Of a stretch of DNA of 64,000 bases, positions 10,039 through 23,160 are shown one piece after another. Positions within the stretch are counted from its first letter, which is position 1. The number at the start of each line of letters is the position of its first letter. A program made the translations under genes and the position numbers. The DNA lies in the NCBI RefSeq assembly GCF_000150275.1, contig NW_002060966.1, positions 138,415-202,414 of the forward strand. Reading direction: 5' to 3'. The notes beneath the pieces were generated by a model. It saw only the letters and a list, made by a program, of their open reading frames with translations, was not told the origin of the DNA and ran no database searches. The DNA comes from Trichoplax adhaerens (lineage: Eukaryota > Animalia > Placozoa).

Positions 10039-13000
10039 ATGGCTGATAGGCAGTCAACAGCATGGCGTGGACGTGGTCGCAGTCGTGTTAATCCTTCTTC
10101 GCATCATCAAGGAATGATGGAGAAATCGCAACGACGTGATCATCCTAAAATGGATAATCAGTATAGTCGAGGCCAGAGGGGATCGCGATCCAAACGTGCT
10201 TATCCTCATCATCAGCAGCAAGCAGTACCAACTTCTTCTAATCCAATAGCAACAAGCGATCAAGAGGCACCAATGCAACAAGCGGAAGAAAAACTACGAC
10301 GAAAACAAGATCAATTCAATCAAAATGCGGCTACTATCATCAATGAATTAAGTAAAAATCAACCGTTGGAATCGTCCTCTGAAGAAGAAGACTTGGACGA
10401 TACCACCATTATTCATCAATTATTTGTACGCTATGGCGATCATCAGCAAGAAATGGACAAAATGATCCAATATTTTCAAAGTTGTTGCCGTAGTGGCAGT
10501 ATGACTTGCTTGATTTGCATCGGTGGTGTTCGCCATCAAGACGCCATTTGGACATGTCGATTATGCCAATGCATCTTTCATTTGGCATGCATTGCTAAAT
10601 GGTCCAAAGAAGGTTCCGTCCATGTCAAGCCACAATTGTCAGCACTCTTATTTCCACAACAAGAGACAAAATGGTTATGCCCCAACTGTCGTGGCGAATA
10701 TACAGCCAAGGATTATCCAACCAAATATTATTGTTATTGCGGTAAAACTGTAAGTCTCATTCAGCCATATTGCACCCAATTCCTTTCAATGACAAGAGGA
10801 CAACTAGTGTCTCATTAGACCAGCTGATGTCCCATCGGGCCTACTCATGACTTCAACATTAAATCATGCCATTATTTCTACATGTTGACAGTGAGATAGA
10901 CTGCTAGACATGCTAGCATACAGTAATTTATTATCAATGAATGCTTGCAATGATCCAATGGCTAGGCTAGTCTGCAATACAAGATTACATAAGTGTCCAT
11001 GGAATGGCATCAATGGGCTACTGTAATCAGCAGCAATGAACAAATTCTTTTTTTTCAAATGTATGCCATAGTAGTGTTGCTACCTGTACAAATTCACTCG
11101 TCAGTCTTGAGAGTATCCACTCCCTTCTTAGATTAGAGTAAAAGGATGACTGTTATTGCTTATCTTGCATGATGATTCTGGACTTCTTTTTGAGATCACA
11201 TAACAACCATAGACTCAATCAATTAATGAATTAATCAACTATGGACTATGCTATTTTCTGCGTAGACAGCCCTTAAGTACCATCGATTGCAGTCTGCACC
11301 AATCCAGTCCAATTGAATGAATTACAGTAGATTACTCTGTCTACTTTATACTTAACTTAAAACAACACAACTTTTCCACGCACGCTTTAAATACTCCATT
11401 TTATTTCATATTCGTTGTTGGCCCAACTTTTTGCCAAATGACATGTTCAATAGAGGATAAAATAATGCCTAGCCTGCTCCTTGTTTTCTTAAAGTGTTGA
11501 TAGCGTTCCGCCTTCTTTAGAGAGTGCTTAATAACAATCTCATTCGTGATTCATTAATATTAGATGATTACAAATTATAGACCGATTCTCCGTTCCCACA
11601 CTTGATGCACACTTTACAAACAATTGGAGGATGCTGGCCGTTTCTAAGTAATAGTGGCATTAAACTACTACATTATAAATAATGCTGTCGACCAGAAAAT
11701 AGCATTAAAGAGGATACTTAAATACAAAAAGTACGATTATTTCTATTCTCCAATTCCAAAGAATAATTAATTGCTGCAGTAAGTAGTGTCGTGAATAACA
11801 TTGCTTTATAAGCTATGCCAATAGAATTCAAAGTAATGCACACGAGTCCAATTGCTATATCAAATCAGATTTTAATGCAAACTCTAACATTAGAAGAAAA
11901 TGTTAGTCGCTGAAGAAGGAAATACGCTAATTGATCTTACAGTAGTATCAGTTGCATACCTCCGTGCATAAATGCAAAATGTGGCTAAAGTATTGCTAAA
12001 GAATACTCATGATAAGTGCAGGATTAGATCTGCTCGTACCAGTATTTAGTCATAATTGTAAAATGCGGATAAAGAGGGAATTTCACAGAGCTTTATAATC
12101 ATGATAGTGAGATGCCATTAGTCGATCTCCCAAGTTGAATTACTTTCATTCTAATAATTTATGTCACTAGTATGAATACAGGTATAAAAACTTGTATACG
12201 ATTCGATTGCAAATCTGTATAGAGCATAAGATATACTTATATCTTTACACATACTTTGGTCTATCGGTAAAGTTAATATTATATTCAACTAGATTGATCC
12301 TAAATTCAATCCCTGGCTCGTACCTCACTCTTGTGGTAACCTATGCGAGCGTCTTCTACAGCCTGAATGCGGTCATCGATGCCAATTACTCTGCCATCCT
12401 GGCCCTTGTCCTCCATGCCCACAAATGGTAAAGTCTACATGTTACTGTGGTCAAGGGGGAACAACAATTCGAAGATGTGGACGTCAAGAATGGAGCTGCG
12501 GTCGGCCGTGCAATAAAATGTTAACATGTAATAAGCATAAATGCGCTCGATTCTGTCATTCAGGTGAGCTAAAGTAGAAAGTGATCTTAATCGTAACTTA
12601 GAATAAATCGCTTATCCTAATCAGTACCTGATTAGAATAATTATTAGCTTTACTTAACGAATTGTGGATAAACAGGATGTAAAATATTCAAATAATTATT
12701 GTTGAATAGGCGAGTGTCTGAAATGTGATGAAGTAGTGGAAAGATCATGTCGTTGTGGTAAAGAAGTTGCACATAGACCTTGTGATGAAACCGATTGGCA
12801 GTGTGATAAGATTTGTAATAAGGTTCTTTCTTGCGGATTCCATCGTTGTGAACGAATATGCCACGATAATGCATGCGGCAATTGTCCACGTTCAGGAGAG
12901 CGGAGTTGTCCTTGTGGCAAATCAAGTATGTATTAATCATGATTTTAATCATTACAATAAATAACCCTTCGCTGCAACTGTTTAATACTATATTCGCTCA

Positions 13001-15687
13001 ATTCTTTTAGAATTTAATCTGCCGTGCACAGACGATGTTCCATCATGTGGTGATACCTGTGGTAAAATCTTAGCATGTGGTAAACATAAATGTACTGACA
13101 GATGCCATCATGGAGATTGCTATAAATGTCGACAAATGGTCACTAAAATGTGCAGATGTGGAAAACATCAGAAAAGCCTACAATGTCGTTTAGATTTTAC
13201 ATGTGAATCAAGATGCCAAATCCTAAGAGATTGCGGCAGGCACCAATGTAATAAAAGGGTTCGTATTCTTGCCAATTTATAAATATAAATTTATCTTCAT
13301 TTGTCTTTGGCTTTATCTTTATTATGAAAGTGGTAGTAAGTATTTCGTTCATTTCCTTTTTTTCGGCCATGGAATGACCTTGTAACAGTGTTGTACTGGT
13401 AATTGCCCTCCTTGTGAACAGACTTGTGGCCGAACCTTGGGTTGTGGTAACCATAAATGTCAGACCAGATGTCACAGTGGACGGTGCTATCCATGTCCGC
13501 AGACTGTCGATGTTAAATGTTATTGTCAAGCAACTGCCGTCACTGTTCCTTGCGGGCGCGAAAAATACATCGATCCCCCGAAATGCAAAGAACTGTGCCG
13601 GTAGGAAGTCTACCTAACCTTATACTTTTTACACTTAGCATGTCATGATTTCACAAAAATGCATTGATTAAATTTCAATATTTCACCATCGGTAGGAAGT
13701 CTACCCGATCATACTTTTACACTTAGCATCATGTTTTCACAAAAATGTATTGATTAAATTTCAACATTTCACCATAAAGTTACCGAAAGCAGTGCTTGCT
13801 TATAGAGACTAGTATTCTTTCTAATCGCCATCAATTCGATAGTATTCCACCAAAATGTCATCATGAAAAGCGCGAACCGCACTTATGCCATTACGGAGAA
13901 TGTCCTCCATGTCGACAAATATGTAACTTAATATTAAAAGACTGTGAACACTATTGCCCTGAAATTTGCCATACCGCTGTTGCCATAGTGCAGAAAATGA
14001 CAGCGTTACAGGTACAGTTCGTTATAAAGTTTTACTTTACTTCTTGTCCTATACTGAAAGCCTCTGCCATGATAGATTACACGCCTAAAAAAAGGCGAAA
14101 AGCCAGTAACTCAATACAAAAGTAAGCCTTGCCTTCCTTGTGTTGTGCCAATAGATCGGTAAGTTGCGATTATAAGCTGCATGCAGGATTGCGTCCTTTG
14201 AAAGGGTATGCTATTTTAATGACTATCTTTGATAATTATAATTATAGGAAATGCTTAGGAGAACATGAGGTGGGTTTAAAGCTAGCCATCTTTGCTTAAT
14301 TTGAATTAGCGATTCATCTAACTTTGGAGTATTGAATGAATATTACCGATCTGTTGTAGATCCAATCGTTTCCATGCCATCAGCTCAGACCATATTCGTG
14401 CGGTCGGCTATGCGGGCGAAGCCTACAATGCACGAATCATACGTGTAGCTTAGAGTGTCATATAGTCACTAATGCTCAAGATGAGTACAGTTCTGGATCA
14501 GAGTGCTTACAATGTGAAGAAGCCTGCCTCAAACCAAGACCAGATGGTTGTGACCATGAGTGTCCATTACCTTGTCACCCCGGTATCGATTACGAAAATT
14601 AATGATGATAACCTTGTTTCTAATACTGCATATATGATGCAAAATATTATCTTACTATTAAGTTAAATAAACAAAGGGTTTAATACTTTACAGGTGAATG
14701 CCCAACTTGTACACTATTAGTTAAAAGATGGTGTTTCTGCCGTTTAGTTCTTTTACATATCGAATGCAAGTAAGTATGCAAAAACTCTCCGAATATTGCC
14801 AATTAAAACTAATACTCTTATGTCTTAGCAGTTAAATATTAACTTTAGTTTATTTGATCTGTAGTGAACTAACCACAGCTGATGATGAAAAAAAATTGAT
14901 ACTATTGTCATGCAAAGGCCAGTGTCCGAAAACGGTATTAGAATGGCATAACTATGTGCGAAAGGACAAAAATTTTTACTTTATAGATAATATTTTTTTT
15001 TCAGTTAACGTGTGGACATAGATGCGCAGATGATTGTCATCCTGGTGAGTGCCCCAGCTGGACAACTTGCAACAGGAAAAGAACTATTCGTTGTGCATGT
15101 AAAAGGCTTAAAAAGGTATCATGCGTAACCGTAGATCTATAAATATGGTGGTGTTTCGTAAATTACTTTGTAGTCTTACTAATGTAATACCTGCTAATAG
15201 GCTGTAACATGCTCTAGCATCCCTCTCGATTATCTTCTTGATTGCGATGATGAATGTAAAAGAATTGAACTAGAAAAGAAAAAAGTAAGACTTGACTTAA
15301 CTGCCTTTCTATAATAATATAAGTAGCTTATATTATGCTATATTAATAATAATAATCAATCGAACCTAACACCATCCGTAGCTAAAAGAACAGCAGATAT
15401 TAGAGAAGGAGGAGCAATTAAGGAGATTAGACCAGGTTGAGTCTAGATGGATATTTAAGTGTTCTTGCAAACTTGACATCGTTAACTTTACTATCTTATA
15501 GGAAAAGCAAGATCAGTCACAACGAGAACCTGGTCGTAGACGGAAACGCAGAAAAAATCGAGACGCGCTGGAAGAAGATTCTAATGCATCATGGTCTTCT
15601 CGGCATCCTACTTTAGTTAACTTAATTCGAATTTCGATTATCGTTTGTATAATAGCTGCTTTTATTGCCTTGATTATAAGAAAATGA
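10039..15687 (+). CDS. NFXL1: NF-X1-type zinc finger protein NFXL1, multi-exon
   Basis: Exon 1 (10039-10749) encodes the RING/PHD-like CLICI...WTCRLC..FHLACI..W...CPNCR and YYCYCGK. Exon 2 from 12293 reads [15 protein letters not shown]. Many NF-X1 Cys/His repeats follow (CGxHxCxxxCHxGxC), with a 22-nt micro-exon at ~14248-14269, a coiled coil and a C-terminal TM ([16 protein letters not shown]). The TM and absence of R3H distinguish NFXL1 from NFX1. Stop TGA 15685-15687. Confidence 0.92.
13599..13775. repeat. 91-bp intronic tandem duplication that includes a 5' splice site of NFXL1
   Basis: cggtaggaagtctacc...acacttagcat...cacaaaaatg..ttgattaaatttcaa.atttcaccat occurs at 13599 and 13690. 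Confidence 0.9.
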
Positions 15688-17275
15688 ATGAGATTCAAGC
15701 TATGATATAGAACTGTAGTTAAACCGATATTAAGACGCAAAGTTCTACACTATATACTAGACTATCACTGTATTTCCCTAATACATAACTACTGTAATTA
15801 GCTGAAATTATTACAAGAATAGAATTACATCATCTGAATTTATTTGGGCTTGCCTATCTCCCTCATCAGTAAAAACTGAATCAATTTTTTATGCATTTAT
15901 TATGTATTACTTGTAATGAAGATGAAGAGCAAGTAAACAAGCAGTATCTTGGTAAATAGGCTTTAGTACTAATTTATCATTCTAATGACAAATGACAACT
16001 GTGGGAAACAAATTCTTTGTTACATAATTCGTTGGGCTTTCAACTTAGAATTATTATCGAAAATGCTAAATTCCTCCTATTTTTATATTTAACCAATACA
16101 GAATTATTAATTATAATACTGCCATTTTATAAATAAAGAATTCTTTAAATGAAGGCGATTGCCTACATATACGTTCGTATTAAGGAACGTAGTTTTTACA
16201 CGTTGTTATAGGGAATTGAAACTAAAGGTAGTTGTATTGTCAACAGCGATTTATATGATAAATGCAATAATGGTATTGCTGTACATTATTTATTGTAATT
16301 TAATTATAAGGACTATGGTCACAGTTTTCGCGATAGTGCGCCTTAAATATTCGTATTAAACTAGGGTTTGCGATTACATGTATTATATTGGTTGTAGAAC
16401 CGAAACTACTAAAAATGTTTCGTTGCGTCTTTCCATACTCAACTCACGTAGAAAGGTTGTCAAACTTACTCGTATAATCCGCCTTAAGTTCTTTTATTTA
16501 AAATTGCATATGATGTCGGAGCCTAGAGAAGTTTAACAAAATCTCTGTGTGTGCCTGTATTAGGCCGTCCTATTACAATAAAAAACTACTGTTTCATTGA
16601 GTTATGACAACAATCAAGATAGAAACTCACTTTTAGAAATGAATCTTCAGTTAAGTTAAGCATATCTTTGAAAATCAAAACCAAGAGAAGTAATCGTTTA
16701 TCTGCTCTTAAGCTATCTAAAGACATATAAAAGCTGCTGCGTATTTGTATAAGCAGCAGTACATGTTGATTATGAGAAAAAGACCGAGCCATTTTTGGAT
16801 AATGCATGAATAGTACACACTCAGTAAAATCAAATGTTTCTAACAGCGAAAAGATCACACGAATCTTGCATATAGCAACATATTCAATTTAGGTCTGGTA
16901 AAGTATCGCTAATAGAAATCTCCATAATCAAGATTCAACAATTACTACAATAAGCAACCGCAAGCTTAGACAATATAAGTATCGTTCGACAGACTAACTA
17001 TTGCACTAATCTACCATCTTGACAGATTAGTCAGTTATAAAAATGTTAAGAGAAAATTAAACTTCAGCAAAGGCATTTAGTCTCTTGCAAAATTTTACCA
17101 TTTAAGGAATCTGACACAACAACGCATTCATCATATGCAACAAAGCCAAGAAATTTACAGCTATATTTTTATTCTTTCTATAGACCAGTAACTGTCGGAA
17201 ATTTCTAAGTAAAACAGCAAGTAACTAAATTATTCAAGCCATTTAATCTAAAAAGGAATCAATGTAGATAGCACT

Positions 17276-18658
17276 TTATGGTACTACTTTAGTACTGTAA
17301 GGCTTATTGTGGATAAAATTGTAAATCATTTGGTAAGCTTGTTTAGGCCGATAAGTTGGCACTTGATGCCCTGCACCGCGAACTGTAAGGAAGTCAAGTT
17401 TATCAAAGCGAATAACATAGCCACCAACCTGTTTACCATTACTATCACTATAGAACCAAGGTTGACGAGGTTTAACTTGCTTACGATTTAATGAATGGAC
17501 AGCCATCTGATCACCTAAGAAATTGCAAACCATGTCAACATCGCCATTATAGACTAATGCACGATATTTCTTCAATAATTTAGGATATAATTTGATGGCT
17601 GAGTTGTAAGTGGTCGTATAATGAGCACTAACAATGTTACTGCATCCACCCCATTTTGGCAAGTGGGGAGCGACATGCAATGCTTTTTGTACAGCTTTGA
17701 TGTTTAAATAAGCGATAACGTGGACCGGTAATTGATCACTACCGAAGCTGTGATCGCCTACACTAGGAAATAATTCAGGATGAAGGTAGCGATATAAGAT
17801 CTTAGCCTGAGAGTCCATGAATTTAGCTGGGGCACAACCTTCACAATCAGCATAAATATCATAATTATTTAAATCATTACCCATGATTTTTTGTGCTGCT
17901 GTTAGTGCTGTTGTGCAATGGCTATTTTTGGGATTATGGAAATTGCAACTACCATGAGTACAACAGTATTTCTGCAATTGTGACCAGATACGCTGGCCAA
18001 AAATGCCGTGATAATAAGCAAAATAGATCATTGTATCATCATTAAAGCGTGTATCACTTAAGCCATTGCCTACAGCGAAAGCTTTAAAGTTGATTTTAGA
18101 ATCGTTCATTAATCGTACAGCCAAAGTTGGAATATAAATGCCTCCATAGCTTTCGCCGGTCACATAAAATTCATTCTTTGCAAATTCTGGAAATTTTTTA
18201 AAGAAAGATTTGAGTGCAGCGTGATTATTATCAGCGACAGCATCATCGTTCCAGGTATAATTTTTTTTCGGATTATAAGAAAAACCAACACCTGCAGGCG
18301 ATTCCAGGTAGATGACGTTGGCGAAATCATTCCATGATGTATTACGATAAGTTAAATGTTTGCCATCAGTTTTCACACCATATGGACCATTCTCAGATAA
18401 TAATGCAAGCAATGAACTACAACCTGGCCCACCGGTTAACCACAAAATCAAAGGAGCGGCTGATGGCTTTTTGCGTGATTCAACAAACCAGTAAAAAAAT
18501 TTATTTCCATTTAAGGCGTCCAAATAGCCAGAATATTGCTTAAATTTGGGCTGATGTGGCACGCCAGGCAATGAAGTGATTAAATCGCCTTTCGGTGCTG
18601 CATCCACATAACTGCAAAACACCAAAACTGCTAAAGTAAGACAGATTAAAGTCTTCAT
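17276..18658 (-). CDS. Cathepsin A-like serine carboxypeptidase (S10), paralog 2, intronless
   Basis: 460-aa ORF with signal peptide, WLTGGPGCSS, GESYGG, NGDVDMVCN and GAGHQ. Confidence 0.95.
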   Translation of the reverse strand: MKTLICLTLAVLVFCSYVDAAPKGDLITSLPGVPHQPKFKQYSGYLDALNGNKFFYWFVESRKKPSAAPLILWLTGGPGCSSLLALLSENGPYGVKTDGKHLTYRNTSWNDFANVIYLESPAGVGFSYNPKKNYTWNDDAVADNNHAALKSFFKKFPEFAKNEFYVTGESYGGIYIPTLAVRLMNDSKINFKAFAVGNGLSDTRFNDDTMIYFAYYHGIFGQRIWSQLQKYCCTHGSCNFHNPKNSHCTTALTAAQKIMGNDLNNYDIYADCEGCAPAKFMDSQAKILYRYLHPELFPSVGDHSFGSDQLPVHVIAYLNIKAVQKALHVAPHLPKWGGCSNIVSAHYTTTYNSAIKLYPKLLKKYRALVYNGDVDMVCNFLGDQMAVHSLNRKQVKPRQPWFYSDSNGKQVGGYVIRFDKLDFLTVRGAGHQVPTYRPKQAYQMIYNFIHNKPYSTKVVP

Positions 18659-18769
18659 CTTGGCTACCTCGGTATCTTCTCAACTTGGGAAGTCAATAAA
18701 GCTGCCCAGTTAATTAGCTAACGGTAGTCGAATCTTTTCATCATGCGGTAGTCATGGAATCATGTTATT

Positions 18770-18779
18770 GTCATGTGAC
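18770..18779 (-). promoter_or_regulatory. M-box/CLEAR variant GTCATGTGAC ~115 bp upstream of paralog 2
   Basis: TCATGTGA core with GT/AC flanks, a known MITF/TFE-class site, immediately 5' of the ATG at 18658. Confidence 0.55.
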
Positions 18780-20621
18780 TATGGGATTTCCGCCAATATT
18801 CCTGTGAAATGGAGGCAGCGACTCCATTAGCATATTCTATAGCATGCATTTCTGCACTCTTGCGTGGGTATGCTGATAGAAATTGCTGTCATCTAATTAA
18901 TTCTTAATTGATCTTGAATGATATAGGAGGAAATCATACAATATGGATAATTACTATGTTTCAACAGAAATATGCTTTAAAATCCTCCTTAGGTAGCTTG
19001 ATTTAGAGTTAGAATGATATTATTCGATAGCAATTCGATGATCGATACAGATAGAATGCTTTGGCTAGGTCGATTTTCTAACCATGAAGAACAAGCAGCA
19101 TCTGCCATCTCGTTAGGCTTTTCTTCACCTTAATTCCTGAAAGGGTAACTGATATTGTTGTCGAACAATTGCGTTCAAGTAGACTATAATATAACTGATC
19201 TCAAGCTGAGAGTACCCAAATGTTAGAAGGGGAAATGGGTATAGCAATGCTTATACGTATGGAATTACAGTTTTATTTCAAACTGACGATGAAGCTGAAA
19301 TGTTCCTTTATTATAGATTAGAGCTATGTATTTTTTAACTTAACTTTGTGACGACTGTCGAAATGTCTAGTCGTAGCAGGTTTCATGACTATTTGTCTAT
19401 TTTTTTTTCCCCGGAATAGACTAGCGGATAAAATATTCAGGTGATAGATTTCATAGCAAAAGATTGGCGTTAATCAACACTATTCAAATTCAAATAATGA
19501 TATAAAAAATAAATCCCATAAAAACGAAGTATAATATCATTCCAATTGAGGATAGCTTTTACTTGTAAACGATTTCGATGCCTAGACGCATCCGCTTTCA
19601 TGATCATTACCTGCTAGAACTATTGCGTTGGACGAGAAATAAAGCAATTGATAGCAATATTGTCGTATCTATGGATACTGAATATACATGAGCAAAGGTG
19701 TTGAATCCTATCTTCCCACCTTCGATTCACTTTTGACGACTACTCATGAAGGCAAATACGAGAATATCCTAAATTATCATATCTTGACAATTCATGGTTG
19801 GTAAGTTTAATGGAGTCATCGTTATTCAAGAAACTTGTCATACCTAGATAAAATGGCGAATAGAGGTAGCACTAAAGCGGACCACTAAATTAGACTACCA
19901 CAGCATGCAAGCACTAAAATCTCACATTCTGTTCATAGCAGCATAAGTAAGGTAGGCTAACATCCGTAAATAACATGGATTCTTTGTTATACAAATTCTC
20001 GAAACACTCCTGATAGATGCGCTCATCAAGGGGTAAATAATGTCATTTAATCAACTACCCCATCTAATTTCCGAATTATAGTAGGACAAGTAGTTTGCAA
20101 GAAGTATTCTCAGGTTGCATACATCTTATTCGGAATACCTTAATGGTGATGTTGATAGGGAAGAGATCGAAAGACACTCGTAGCTAAATCCAATTTTGTC
20201 TTAATATTATTTCAGTGCAAGCTTCATTACAAAACAGAATTTATTCACGACTTTTCAAGATTGATATACTTTACATCGAATTGCTCTAGTAGTATACGAT
20301 AGAGTAAAAACGAACAAGTACCTTTTTGATTATTGCCACATACTGTTAGTATGCCATAATCAACAGACGTGCAATTCATTATCATACAATTACATTTATA
20401 TGGTGTTGCCCTGATAGTCCATCTATCGAGGGATTACTTTGACTCTTTCGATTTTAAGTAAGTCATAATCGCTATTGCACTTTTACCATCTATTAAGTTA
20501 ATCGATTAAATTAACGTTAACAATAATAATATACTGTAAATAGGTCGAAAGTAGAATATGCATTCGCACACGTTAAGAAAGTTCTCTTGATCTATTTCAT
20601 ACGAGTAATTTCAATGTAGAA

Positions 20622-22004
20622 TCATGGTACTACTTTAGTACTGTAAGGTTTGTTATAGATAAAATTATAAATCATTTGATAAGCTTGCTTTGGCCTATAA
20701 GTCGGTACTTGATGACCTGATCCACGTACTGTTAGAAAATCGAGCTTATCAAAGCGAATAACATAACCTCCAATTTGTTTACCATTACTATCGCTATAAA
20801 ACCAAGGCTGACGAGGTTTAATCATTTTAAGATTGAGCGAATGAACAGCCCATTGATCACCTAAGAAGTTGCAGACCATATCCACATCACCATTGTAAAC
20901 TAATGCACGATATTTCTTCAAGAGCTTAGGATATAACTTGATAGCAGAATTATACGTTATCGTATAATTTGCGCTTACATCACCACTACATTCACCCCAT
21001 TGCGGCAAATGATCGGGTATATGTAATGCCTTCCTGACATCGTTCCTATTCATATAAGCAATATCTGAGGGTAATTGGTTACTGGTGATTTTAAAGTTAT
21101 CATCATCGAATTGGATAGGATAATTGTGTGGATATAATCGTTTGAGTAATGCTCTAGCTTGTGCGCTCAACGATGATGCACAACCATCGCAATCGGTGTA
21201 AATATCATAATTATTTAGATCATCATTCATGACTTGTCGAGCAGCAACCAATACTTTCTGACAATGTTTATCGGTTGGATTATGAAAGTTACAAGAGCCA
21301 CGAGAACAGCAATATTTTTGTAATTGTGACCATATACGCTGGCCAAAGATACCATGATAATACGCAAAATAAATCATGGAATTATCATTTAAACGCCTAT
21401 CACTCAGGCCATTGCCTACAGCAAATGCTTTCAAATTGATTTTAGAATCATTCATAACACGTACAACTAACGTTGGAATATAAATTCCTCCATAACTTTC
21501 GCCGGTGATATAAAATTCATTTCTGGAAAATTCAGGAAATTTCTTGAAAAATGATTTCAAGGCAGCATAATTGCTATCGGCCACTTGATCATCATCCCAG
21601 GTATAATTTTTCTTGTTATTATAAGAGTAGCCAACACCAGCGGGAGACTCTAGAAAAATGACATTGGCGAAATCATTCCAAGAGGTATTACGATAAGCTA
21701 AATTTTTCCCTCCTGGGCCAGGATTAAAAGGTCCATTCTCAGTCAGTAAGCCAACCAATGAACTACAACCAGGGCCACCATTTAACCACAAGACAAGAGG
21801 ATCACGGAAAGGTTTTCCTTTCGACTCTGTAAACCAGTAATGCAATTGATTGCCATTGCCACCATCTAAATAACCAGAATACTGCTTAAAAGTTGGCTTA
21901 TGAGGTAATCCAGGTAAAGAAGTGATTAAATCTTCCTTTGGGGCTGCATCAACCTCGCATACAGCCATTAAAACCACTATACTAAGCCAAAGCATGATAG
22001 CCAT
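20622..22004 (-). CDS. Cathepsin A-like serine carboxypeptidase (S10), paralog 3, intronless
   Basis: 460-aa ORF with signal peptide, WLNGGPGCSS, GESYGG, NGDVDMVCN and GSGHQ. Confidence 0.95.
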   Translation of the reverse strand: MAIMLWLSIVVLMAVCEVDAAPKEDLITSLPGLPHKPTFKQYSGYLDGGNGNQLHYWFTESKGKPFRDPLVLWLNGGPGCSSLVGLLTENGPFNPGPGGKNLAYRNTSWNDFANVIFLESPAGVGYSYNNKKNYTWDDDQVADSNYAALKSFFKKFPEFSRNEFYITGESYGGIYIPTLVVRVMNDSKINLKAFAVGNGLSDRRLNDNSMIYFAYYHGIFGQRIWSQLQKYCCSRGSCNFHNPTDKHCQKVLVAARQVMNDDLNNYDIYTDCDGCASSLSAQARALLKRLYPHNYPIQFDDDNFKITSNQLPSDIAYMNRNDVRKALHIPDHLPQWGECSGDVSANYTITYNSAIKLYPKLLKKYRALVYNGDVDMVCNFLGDQWAVHSLNLKMIKPRQPWFYSDSNGKQIGGYVIRFDKLDFLTVRGSGHQVPTYRPKQAYQMIYNFIYNKPYSTKVVP

Positions 22005-22234
22005 GATGAAGGATTGTCGATATTCTCCTTGGCTACGGGCCTGGAAATGATGCAGGGTCGAGCAAGGATGTTATGTATACCTTTATAACACGCTCCCTAT
22101 AATACAGTATTTATGTATAGCCTGTCCGAGTAGTTCTATAGCGAAGTGTGAATCTGCGCCGGAGCGCTGTCCTTCTGTCTTTCGCGTCTGTCACCGTGAC
22201 TCAACCATTTTCAAGGTGTTCAAGTCTAGTAAGG

Positions 22235-23160
22235 ATACTTAAACAGCTGATAATCAATAGAGTTTACTATTGAGTTTGTTTTACAGTCTTTTATTTAGAC
22301 GTTGAAGAGGCCTTCTAATTTGAATGACCACTCAAACAGCTCATAATCAATATAGTTTACTATGGATTGGTTTCCAGTCTTCTTGTGAATAGGTTGAAGG
22401 AGATGTTCTATATAATCCAGCTGTTGCAACACCACCAACTGAAATCAAGATGGCTTACTATGGATCGGCATCCAGTCTTGCAGCGAGTGGGTTCAAATAA
22501 CGCAATTAATTAGTTTACTAGACATGTTAGAGCTCAAACTGCTTATAATCCGTATAGCCTAATATGGCTCAGCTGCTAACCCTTTCGTGAGTGGGTTCCA
22601 AAAAATGCCCTATTGCTGCAGTCGGAGCTCAAAAAGCTCATATCGAATTTACTTTTGCATTAGTTTGCAGTCTTGTATTTCCACGTTAAAATTAACAGTT
22701 TAATTGCGTGGTGTACACTATACATGCTACAAGATAGAATGATTTTGTCATAATCAATATAGCCTACTATGGTTGGCTGCCAACCCTTTCATCAGTGGGG
22801 TTCAAGTAGGATCAAAGAGGTGCACTACCTCTGCAGATGGTGCTCAAACAGCTCATACAGGATTTACTTTTGCATTAATTTGCAGTCTTGTATTTCCAAG
22901 TTAAAATTAGTAGTTTCATTACGTGATTTACACTATACATGCTACAAGATGGAATGATGATTTCATAATCAATATAGCCTACTATGGTTGGCTGCCAACC
23001 CTTTCATCAGTGGGGTTCAAGTTGGGTCAAAGAGGCGCACTACCTCTGCAGATGGTGCTGAAACAGCTCATACAGGATTTACTTTAGCATTAATTTGCAG
23101 TTTTGTATTTAGATGTTAAAATGAGCAGTACAAACTTGTGATTGCACAAGATGGAATGGT
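22235..23160. repeat. Degenerate tandem array (~100-bp subunits, 216-bp higher-order duplication) upstream of paralog 3
   Basis: aaacagctcataatcaatatag..tactatgg recurs at ~22241, 22335, 22537, 22748 and 22964. Segments 22748-22963 and 22964-23160 are near-identical. Confidence 0.9.

Noticed and set aside
10003-10818. ORF-track boundaries taken as complete genes (also 29152-30288, 62034-62597 and 523-867)
   Set aside because: They start at non-ATG codons and/or run past splice donors into introns, so spliced models were used instead.
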